Below are positions 51,041 to 62,154 of a DNA stretch of 64,000 nucleotides, piece by piece (within the stretch, counting starts at the first letter, position 1; every line of letters starts with the position of its first letter). Under the pieces are notes generated by a model. It was not told the origin of the DNA, did no database searches, and saw nothing but the letters and a program-made list of their open reading frames with translations. Both the position numbers and the translations under genes were made by a program. Source of the stretch: Dimorphilus gyrociliatus (taxonomy: Eukaryota; Animalia; Annelida). The stretch lies in the NCBI GenBank assembly GCA_904063045.1, contig CAJFCJ010000002.1:4373645-4437644 (forward strand), written 5' to 3'.

Positions 51041-53799
51041 TTATAATATAAAGCACGTTTTTGCCTTGTCTGATGCCTTTTTCCAATTTTTTAACGCCCT
51101 TTTACGTTTTTCATAATTTTCAAATACTTTTAGAGTCTCTTCACTATTCTTTTCAGTCGCAATATCTTTAGCTGTAAATCCATCCTTAAAAAGAAATTCC
51201 ATTATATATAAGAAAAATATATAATTGATATTAATAATTAGAGATATTAGTATTTTCTTTACTTTATTTGTAGCTGCATATGAATTTGATTGAGTTAAAA
51301 TTAAATGTGCTATTTCATCAAGATTCTTTCTAGCTGCCTCAAACAGTGGCGATTCTTTTTTCTATATATATATATATATATATATAAATTTAAAGTTTGT
51401 AGTAGCCATTAGAACTGTAATGGGGAAAATTGATTTACTGTACCTCATCAATTATATCTACAGGTGCTCCCGCTTTTAACAAAGCCTTACAAATTTCTGT
51501 TCGATCTCGTTCATCTTCTCTTATGCAGACTAAGTGAAAAACGCCGTAACCTTCCTGTAATAGGAGGTGTGTTTTGTTAAATTATTTAACAATTTTAAAT
51601 TGTTTCTAAAGCTTATACATCAGTTTTCTCTTGCAGATTAGCTTCTGTTTTTAAACATTCTTCAACCTCTGATAATTCTCCAAAAGCAATGGCGTCAAAA
51701 AGTGCTTCGTTCAACTTTTAATAAAATACGTTCATTATATTTAATTAATAGTTTATATAGAAAAGAACATTTTCTACCTTTTCTAGACCGTTTAATGGCG
51801 GAGATTCTGACGGTGTCTCTGATGGAGATTCTAAATCTGCAGACTGTAGAGGTTCACATTCAACTATTTCAGGTTCTTTAGAATTTTTGAATTTGTGTAA
51901 TAATCTTTGTACATCTCTATACTTTTTTACATCAGCCAAATAGTAAGCATCGTGATCATCCTATTAAGTAATTTTATAAAAATATATTAGATATCAATCT
52001 GTGTAATATAACTTAATCATTGATGTTTTAAACAGAGAGCTTGAATGGTATTATTATAATAATGACGAATAGCAACTAAATTTATTGTAAACACTATACA
52101 AATATATACTGTATATGTTGTTTGTTTGATTTAATGATTAGACTAAGAAAGGATCATTGTAGGTGAAATAATGTCAATCATAGGTGAAATCATCTGTAAA
52201 TAGTTCAATATTAAGTTATATAAACTTACAATGTCAATTAAAGACGGATCAGCTCCTGATTTGAGGAAGAATTCAACTAATTTTAGCATAATATTATCTT
52301 TCCTTAAACTTTCTAGCTTAATGGATAAGTTCAAAGGCGTGTCGTTTTCCTAGAAAGGAATTACCAGATTTAATTTAATAATGTCATTTATTTAGAATAT
52401 GTTGTATACTATTTTTCTATAGAAGCACAAGTATTGTGCAGTATTAATATTAAATATAAAAAAAAACTCAAGAAAAAAATAATTACTATATTTTGATTGT
52501 TAACGTCAGCTCCGTGTTCTATTAAAATCTGACATATTTTCAAAGGATCTGCGAATTTTATGCAATGAACAACAGCGTAGTGAAGGGGAGAGGAACCGTT
52601 CTTTGGGAAAGAATATTAATATATTACTACTTATATGCTTATGTATACATATACTTATATATACTGTATAAGTATAGATATATAAAATATCATTCATTTA
52701 TGCTAGATGTAGTTATACATATATATATTAGTATATATATCTTTCTCTCCCTGTTTCTCTGTACCTACTTTGTCTCGGGTGTCTAGAGCGAATTTTCTCC
52801 TCAAAATGTCATACAATCTTGCTTCGTTCTTGCCTATTATTTAATTGATGTCAATCGGAAATCATTATCAGAAAATGTTTGTGAATGAACAAAACTAATT
52901 ATTAAGCAGGTAAAAAAAAGACAAAAAGGTATACAAGGTAGATAAATGAAAAATTAACTCCTTGTTATAATTAAAACTATTAACCAGATCAGTATAACAA
53001 TTACAATGATATTTGTTTAAAAATATAAAGAATAAGGTGTAATTAGATGCCTTCCTCATACCTTTTTTAATGTGCTCTATTAGTAAATTCTGAAGAAATA
53101 ATGATTCTTTGAAAATATCAATAACACAAAAAACTGGCAAATGTTATATTACGCAATAATATTCGTCCCTATGTAACTTATTATCAATCTCCAATTCTTC
53201 GATTGTCTTTGATCCACATAAGACTTCTATTAGAGGAGGATAGTTAGCGTCTATAGCCTCATCGAAAGCCGATCGTAATTGCTTATTGAAATATATGTAA
53301 ATGTATGCAAATTTACTTCCCAATTAAATCGATTTTAAAATTTCATTAAACTTACATTGTTCCTAGACGACGAGTCCAATCCTAATTTGAGTAAGACAAC
53401 AGATACATCAATTACATGCTGCATAAATGAGTCACTTCTTATAGCTAGTTGTAAGGCGTTGTCCCTACGATCTTTCGTTGTCAAATTGATATTACATCCT
53501 TTGGACACGAGCAATTCAATGATAGAAGGTACATCATAGGTATCCCTTTGACAAACGTAATGAATAGGAGCAAAGCCTTAGCAGAAAAATAGAAAAAAAG
53601 CAAAAACAATATTAACTAGAAATTCAAAGTAACCTAAGAGAACGTAATTAATGCCAGAAAGAACTGTCGTTAATTTAAAAAAAAACTGTAACTTAAACTG
53701 TAAACCTTTCTGGTCGTAAAGATTTATTTTATCACAAGTAATAAAGTTGTCAATTTCCTCCAAGTTCCCAGCAGAACAAACTGATTCTATAGAACTCAT
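51041..53799 (-). CDS. Ankyrin-repeat protein with a C-terminal CaaX box, about 467 aa, 12 exons: 53799-53706, 53576-53356, 53281-53153, 53089-53062, 52833-52769, 52600-52487, 52349-52230, 51960-51778, 51714-51619, 51554-51444, 51361-51263, 51184-51041
   Basis: Repeated ankyrin consensus (GFAPIHYV, NGSSPLHYA...ILIEHGADVN, NDTPLNLS...SGADP, ESPLFEAA, DGFTAKDIA); total 1404 nt in frame; ends KAKTCFIL*. Confidence 0.85.
51363..51386. repeat. (TA)12 microsatellite abutting a splice acceptor
   Basis: On the minus strand: ...atatatatag|AAAAAAGAATCG. Confidence 0.85.
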
Positions 53800-54599
53800 C
53801 TACGACTATCCTAAAAAAGTTTCTTTTAAAATATCCTATTCTATGCCGAAATGAGTACTTATATATCTAACAATGTATATTGGCCTTATCTCGATATTAA
53901 ACAATCGATAATTTATATCAAGTTTTACAATTCACTTAGGATAATCGACAAAAACTAATCTCCATATTCCTGTCATAAACAAACCGTACCTGTACACTTA
54001 TAATATTGAAAAAAAAAGATTATATAGTCTTTGTAATTATGTAGTTAAATAGTTAAATACGGTGTAATTAGATTAGGACGATTTTCTTTTTCTCTCTTTT
54101 TTTTTCTTTTATCCATTCTCTTTTTAAAGATTTTACCAAATAAGAACAATTATCTTTTTTTATTATCGTGTCATCTTAGCCTATAGGTGGCGGTACTGGT
54201 TTAAGTTTAATGCGTTTGAGCTTATGAATTGAGACGCTACAGGAAGGAGGGAGGGGGTAATCGTTTCAGCTTGATAGAAAGAGGAGAAGGAGGCAGGGTA
54301 ATGGAAAATTAGAGTCGATAGATGTCACTGAAGAGAAAGAGCACGAAATGGTAAGCTCAATCATAGAAAACAACTAGCTCGCGTGTGCTGATTAATAAGA
54401 AAATAGCATTATCGTCATTAATCCACTGGCATTTCGTGAAACGAGCGAGAAATCGCGTTAAATGTAAAAACACGATTTTTATAACATATCCCCTTAATTT
54501 CCCATCATGCAACCTTTGTTATGTGCGTATACGTCAACATAATAAATATAGAAAGTACAGCAAAGCTACAACACTTGGCTAATTAAGGAGCTAAAGTGA

Positions 54600-55750
54600 T
54601 TATGACGGGAAAAAATAGACGTCTATATAAAACTATGCACTGCCTATTAGCGGGCGTCAATAGTAATGTAGACGGCGGCACTCAAGCTGAAAATTGATGA
54701 AAACTGATAGCGTCTATTGTACGTAACTAAGCTTATTTCGGCCTTTTACGCGTCAGATTAATGTCGCGCACTTTTTCGCTTTTTTCTATTCTATCTTCAA
54801 TGGGCGCGTACGCGTTTACACGTTTAACGGGAGACGTTCAGGAGCGTGCCTTCGAGAATTTGTATGGCTTTGACTTTTTTTTATAAAGTGAGCTTTACAC
54901 TGAATGAGCTATAACGTTTGAAGTATAGTTTAGATTGATTACAATGCTAAATGAAAATCAAATTACATGCACGTGTCGTTGATTGTACCCCTTCATTGTT
55001 CAACCCACTCGAATCTGTTGCCTTTCACATTTCTTAATTGAATTGTTGTTCACCCAAAATCCGACGCGGATCGTTTACTTACATGAGTAAGGACGTATCG
55101 AGGCAAGCGTCGAAGCGAGTAAAAAGATGCTGGAGTAGACAATTTAATTCCATCAACAAATGTTTCAAGTACACAGATGTGTAACGGTACGATAAAGCGC
55201 TCTTTATCGTGCAACAAGATCGTTATCGACTACGAGTCCATTCGTTCGAATTAGACGCTCTTAGAATTTACAGCCGTCTTGCAACGTATAAAAACAAATT
55301 ACCGCCATTTTACAAATCCGCCTATATAATATAGACGCCCTAAAACGCTAATTAACTCCAGCGTAGAAAAGAAAAAAATCGAACGACTACCTTGACACGC
55401 TGGCGTTCATTAAGTCGTCTGCAGATCGGCCAATGGCAACGCTTGCGGCGTCTAATGCAGTAGTCTTTTCTCTCCCTTTTACCGCAAGATTTTTTTCTCT
55501 CTAGAAAATTTTTTCTTCTCCACCACCAATTAGTAGAAGAGCGTCAACACGGTAACGGCTTTTTTTGTTGCTAACGCAATGGCGGGCGTCACGGAGCGTC
55601 GCTTTTGTATTCGACTCGTACGCCTCGACCATTAGATGATTGTGGCGACAGGTGACGACGGCAATTAGTCGTTAGACGCCGCTTTGAACGGCGTCCCTAG
55701 CGCTTTAGACGCTTAGTCGCCCGTATCCGTACATTACTGGGCATAATTTT
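54600..55750. promoter_or_regulatory. CpG-enriched upstream region with a cluster of TAGACG/CGTCTA motifs and TAAT cores
   Basis: Eight sites at 54616, 54669, 54710, 55252, 55332, 55447, 55673 and 55706; no convincing ORF. Confidence 0.55.
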
Positions 55751-56554
55751 CCCTCAAGTAAAACTGTATTATGCTTTGGTGGAAAAAAGAGAAACTCTAC
55801 AAAGACAGTAGTAAAATGTCTTTTTTTGCTGGAGATCCAGTAAGAGATAATTAAAAGCGCTTTTCTCAAATGAGATTTCCCAAATAGCGCCTTTTTCCTT
55901 TTCTCTCATAATACTATTTGTACGTGTTGTCATTTATTAAATACCTAGTCTCCGTATGAGTTTCAGCTGTCATAATCCTCACATGTCTCAGCTTTTATTC
56001 GATAATCGCTGTAGTAAATATAAAATATAAACATTTTTCAAGTATAAATTACAAATACTATTTTTAGTCAACAGCTCATTATTCTTCACTCAAATTTCTT
56101 GTAAATTATTTACTAACATTAATTAACAATGAAATATCAGTTACTTTTATAATTATCAATGAAATAAAGTTAACAAATAAAAAACAGTTTTATTTTTTTT
56201 ATTTTCATAAATATATCTGTTAAAGCAAAAAAATAAAACTAAACAGTTTATAAATAGTTCATAACTTCAAAAGAAATTATTATGGTACTGGAAAAAATCG
56301 TGTAAGAAACCACCTATACAAAGGAAAATTAACCAATAAACAGAAAACCCTAGTCACATGACCTTCCCATTTGCGTCAAATACGATCAATTATCGCACGT
56401 CTGCACCTGTAATAGGCCTATACAGTCTCTTAATAAAGCCTACTATGTGTATGTAGTCGTTGTCCAGTCAACACATGGCGCCAACTATATATACAAAATT
56501 TTCCTTAATAGACATATAGAAGGCACGATTTACTCTCGCCAGTAAAATATTTCA

Positions 56555-56590
56555 GCCAATCACCGCCTTCTGGCATTCTCATTGGCTGCT
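56555..56590 (+). promoter_or_regulatory. Paired CCAAT boxes (AGCCAATC at about 56555; ATTGGCT at about 56581) upstream of the transcription-factor ATG
   Basis: Two NF-Y consensus boxes in opposite orientation, about 75-105 bp upstream of ATG 56659. Confidence 0.5.
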
Positions 56591-56658
56591 ATAATAGGCG
56601 GGTGTGGTCAACGATTTATTTTGCCAAGTTTTTGCACTTGACTATTTACACGGTGATC

Positions 56659-56896
56659 ATGCAGCAGTCAGACGTTGATGATAAAATGGACGAACGTGTA
56701 CCGCCCGTGCAGAAAAAAAGTTTTTCTATTTCCGATATTTTGGGTAAGGAAGACAATGAAAAGTGCGAAAAAAAAGATGAAGAAGCGAGAATAACAAGCC
56801 AGCCGTTGCATCCGGTTCTACATCCACTTTTATCGCGTTATCATTGGTATCCCTGGATTCAACCGTTGAGCTCTCCGGTTCTGAATCAGGAACGCC
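56659..56896 (+). CDS. First coding exon of an eh1-motif transcription factor, probably NK-like/ANTP-class homeobox; DNA-binding exon not found in the window
   Basis: SFSISDILG is an eh1 (Groucho-binding) motif; RYHWYPWI is hexapeptide-like; strong donor CGC C|GTAAGT (phase 1). No WFQNRR-type sequence was seen downstream to 64000. Confidence 0.7.
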
Positions 56897-59800
56897 GTAA
56901 GTAATTCACTAAATACTTCACGACAGAAAGATTTTTTTATGTTTGCGCAATAACAATTACGAAAAACTTGATTTGAGTGCACTTCAATTTGTATTAAACT
57001 TTCACAGGATATTGCTAGTTTTTCCGTTTGTTTAACTTAACAAATAGAATATATTTCAAACACTTTTAAACTGATAAAATCCCTTTTTACTCGAGCATAA
57101 CAACACAAAATGAAAATGAAAATATTTATGGAAATAATCACCTTGTTAATTAAATAATAACTATTGTAGGCTCTTTAGAAAAAAAAGACTAGACGCAAAA
57201 CGAGAGAGAATCAACAACTATAAAACAATAGCAACATTAGTAACCAACAGTAAGAATGATAGTAATAATAACAGTTATAAAGAAAAACTATAATAGCAAT
57301 AACGATGAGAAACAATAGTAATAGAAAAACAGATTAGAAATAATTAACAAATCATTTTCACCTCTTTTCAATTGAAAACAAGTTCTTAAAATGCATCCTT
57401 AAGTATAGTCTGAAAGTTCTCTGTAAAGTATAAATGATACAGTAAATTTCTAATAGAAAACATTAAAAAAAAGATATTTGTCAAAGTACGTAGACATAAA
57501 TATATAACCAGAAACTCTAAAGAGAATTCGTTCTAATTAATCGTTTGCTATATGTGCGAGTTTTGAGATCAAAAAGCGGCTTGTTATAAATCGACGCTGG
57601 GCGTCTAATTTTTTTACTTTAAACGCTGAGTTTGTATAGACGGCCCCCGCCTGCAGCTAGAGCATTATAATATCCGATTACAGCTTGCTTCAGTTCAGCT
57701 CTTAAGGCCTATGTTGTCATTTATGTATTATCTACAATATATATACTGTATGCATATTAAGAAAAATTTAATTGTACTAGACAATTTTTATATATTTATG
57801 AAAATGAGTTGTTTACATCGTGACTCTCCCGAAATTTAATTCATTTCTTAATTAATTGAAAAGCTAATAAATATATTTTCTACTTAAAAAATATCAACCA
57901 GTTTTTAAAAATTCAACTTATTTTAAGGTGTAAATAAGATCATTAACAAGTAAATCGTACAGTTATTTACGAAAAGTAACTATAAAACAGAAGAAAGCGA
58001 TAATTAAACAAGAAAAGTGTCTTAAAATAAACTGAAAAAAAGCAATTAATATTTTTAGAAATGTATTAAGACTCCTTAATAAAGATTTTAAGCAATTTAA
58101 TGATATTTAGGTAAAGATGAAAGTGTAAAGAGATAATGAACTTAGGAAAAGTGAAAATAATTATAAAGAATAGAAAATGTTTTAATATAATCCTTTCTAT
58201 AATTTTAAAAGTGACCATTGATGGAAATAAAGTAAAGAGAAAGGCTCTCCTTTACACACGCATAGACAGTATATATAGATTACTATATATGAGATATACA
58301 TAATAATATTTATTAATAAAGTTATTTATACATATACAAATATAACTTTTTTAATACAATTTTTACTTATTCGCATTGAATAATTCTATAATAAAATAAT
58401 TGTATTGTAAGTACTGAAAGGAATAAGATAGTGTAGGAAAGGTATAAAAAATTTACTTTTTGTAAGCGTTTGTGTAAAGAGAGTAGGGGAATTGAGCGAG
58501 TAAAAATTTATTCTTACGTGAATAATTGCAACAAGAGATTTCTCGAGCGATTAGCTACACGAAAGTAGGATTTTTGGACGGTTACATTGTTTGCACTACA
58601 ATTTAATTCAAGCTTTTGTGCTCTTTGAATTTAGTATACGACTCCCGCGCCAATTAGCTTTTTTTTTCTAATGGTCGATGAATAACGTTGTTTTTTTTAC
58701 TATTCCCCTATCGTTTTATCAAGATTTTCGACGCCGAATGCATTAATCATAAGGAATTTTTTTTTTTAAAAAAGAAATATTTTTTCTCACTCATACAAAA
58801 CGATAATTTGTGGAGATCAAATATCACTAGGCCTATTGTACGGCATTGAAATTTGATCAGTTTAAGGTGATTATAGACCTATTTGGAATTGAAAAGATGG
58901 CGTTTAAAAAGAAGTTGTGTTATAGCCAAATTAATATCACGCGTGATTAAGCGCGTAAATGCTCGTTTGGGCGTGTTGCGGTTGAATTGATGCGAAAATT
59001 GCGTTGTTGACGAGTGCATAGCTTGTTTGTTTACGTTGTTTGTGTATAATTAGAATCTTAAAGGAGAAAAGATCAGCATATTTTTCGGTTGAAAAAATTC
59101 ATACTGGAAAAAGTTTAAAAATAGAAATAAAGAATAGGCTTTTCCTTAATATTTAAATTAAAAGGAATAAAGTGTAATGTCAGAAGGAAATTTGAAATAC
59201 TGAAAAGAGAAAATTAAACGTTATTGAGGAACTTAAGAATAAATTACACAGAGTTTTGTAAGATTAGATTCTGAAAAATTTTCATTAAAACTCTTATTTC
59301 TATGATTTTTAGCCAAATACTACTTGTTACCTGTTTCAGGTAAATGATTAATATATTGCCAACTTATAAAGCAATTTTCTTTATATCAAAGTCGCCTCGT
59401 AAATTGATAAAGGAAAACATGGAAATGCAATCAATTTCCTTATAAGCTCACCGGAAATGAACTGAAGCAGCTTACCATAAATGTAAAATAATTTTTCATG
59501 TAACCTCTACGGGTATATGAAATGCTCTGAAAATCATAGATTCGAAAATGTAACACATGCAAACGGCAATAGTCACGAAGGAGGTTTTTCAAATAATCGA
59601 CGACCGTCGAAAAATGTATAGAAATATTGACCTTTTGACCCAAGCATTAATGCGTTCCAGTGTCGCCTTACACGGTTGACGAATGAGTGAGAATAGACGG
59701 AATTTATATAGATGTCTTTATCAGACAAGATATAAGTTGTCGACATTCCGAAAAGAGATTACCTGTACTACTTACCAAGCGAACATATAAGTAGGTTAAT

Positions 59801-62109
59801 GGTCGCTTTTGAAAAGAAGATGGTATCTTTAAGCAACTGGTAGACCTTCTAAGCTCATGGTCATTTCCTTTCGTTTTTTTTATTAGCGTAGATTATTATT
59901 TTGTCTATTCATAAAGAATAGATGTTTTCTTCTTACTCTTTCGATAATAACGCCTTTTAAAGTTGACACAAGCTAAAAGATTTAAAATGACGTCACTTCT
60001 CACGACATTTTACATAAATAGACCTAGTCATGTGATAGCTTTATTACAATGACTACTGTAAATAAGAAGGAGAGAGATGAAAAAGGGGAAAGAAGGAGAG
60101 CAAAAACTAGAGTCTGAAAGCGTTTAACTAAGTCTTTCATAATGATCAGTTTTTCTGTAAAGTGATACATAAATTCACTTTTTGCCTAGACAAAAATAAG
60201 AAACAAAATACTTGGTCACGAATTTCTCAATGTAGTCACTTAGTCAGCGACGTGCGATGTCTATTAATTCCCTTAAATTCGACGCTTGTTCGATCTTATC
60301 GCTGTAATCATTATACGTTCGCGTCTCTTTGTTGTCGTCTGCATACGAATTTCCCCTTGCTAATTCCTTATAGAAAAGGTCATGTATACATTTTGTTTTC
60401 TAATTCTCTCTTTGTATAATCTCATTTTATTCACGACTGATTAAATAGATATGATTATATAAATTCGCAAATTTCTCCTTTGTATTAGGGATGTTTTGGT
60501 TCTGAAAGAGAGGGGGGGGGCGAAAAGTGTTATGTAATTAAGTTGGAGTTATCGTGCTCAGCTTTTACAACGCCCTTGAGATGCGCAGAGTCATTTAACG
60601 GACATTTCATTAATGAGCATTTATACGCTGAAATGTAAGGAAATATTTTAAGATGATTACACATTATATTCATTGCTACGGATACTTTTATACAATTTCA
60701 ACATGTTAATTTGGCAAATATAAGAGAAAAGAGAATAGGGTGTTTAGACGGGTGTATTGGGAGAAGAGTGGAAAGAAAACCACTTAAAAACTCTTTTAAA
60801 GAAGTAAAAAAGAAAGAAAGAAAAAAAAGATAAAGGGGAAAAAATCCGCTAGAATAACGAGTCATGTTCACAATGAATACATTTGGACACAATTGAATCC
60901 AAAGATATTTAAAAATGTTATTGAAATAAGTAGAGGAAAGGTTTTTGTTTCATTAAAAATTATATTTAACATTAATGGTTTGTAATAATGAGCATAAAAG
61001 ACGAGTATAGAATAACAAAAAATAATATTATGCCTATTTGGAATTATTCTAAGCACATTATTAAGAAAGGAGATAGTCATATTATGTAACAATTGACGTG
61101 TTAGCGAGGCGCAAGCAATCAGCGTGAAGACTGAACATTTTCAAGAGCAAATGAGCAAAACGATTACATAACATGTACATTGTTGACATCATAATATGCA
61201 CGAAGACTATTAGCACTCAGCCTTAAGTTTAGCCTCCTTTACGTTCTTATTTACGCTTTAGGGAAATGAATGGGAAGATGCATTGTTCTTAATCCATTTA
61301 ATATAATGAACAAAGTTTTGAATAGAGTGCAAATACAGACCGTCTCTGAAAGCAAACAAAGAGGCAACCGATTATATTTGTTATTTAACGCCGGCATTTT
61401 CACAATGCCCACGGGATGCATTAATAACGTCGACGCCCTCGTCAATCCTCTCAAAGAAAACTTATCTTCTATAAATATATAAGAAATCTAGCCACCTCTC
61501 GTGTACAGAAAGAGACTAAAAGGAATAAAGTAAATTTTTTAATTTTCTATAGCTTTAATCATCTTTTGATAATTTTCTAAGCTTCGTACGTGCAGTAGTA
61601 CATTAAAATGGTTCAAATTACTAGAAATTTCCATTAATTCCATCTCTCCTGAAATCAAAGCCCACCTTGAACACGGAAAAAATACTTTGTACGACCCACT
61701 AATCACTACAAATTGCCCGCCAAAAGATAAGCATCTCTTGTTGTTGACATGTGAATAGCCCTCGGAAATTACCAGTAAATTTGTTGAAAAATTAGATTAA
61801 TGGACAGGTTGACCTCATTTTTCTCCTCATTGAAATTAACATCTTTATTCTAAAGATGTTCTTAAACTCTCTTATCAGTCTTTTTAAATGACCCAATAAC
61901 CTTGATAAAATAATATAATTTCCAAGGTGTTCTCAATAGAAACATTTCCGTCATGCAACCCTTTTATATATTCTATGTGTGTTGCATGAAAACTATGCTT
62001 CGATTCAAAGGCCTTATTCCAATTTCTGTAGAAACGCCTTTATCTCTAAACGCTTCTTAACAGAAGCTTTATATTTGTTTGTACAGACAGTCTTCAACAC
62101 ATACATACG

Positions 62110-62112
<3 letters not shown>

Positions 62113-62148
<36 letters not shown>

Positions 62149-62154
62149 TGTATA
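62113..62154. repeat. (AT)n microsatellite ending in TATACTGTATA
   Basis: Read directly. Confidence 0.9.
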
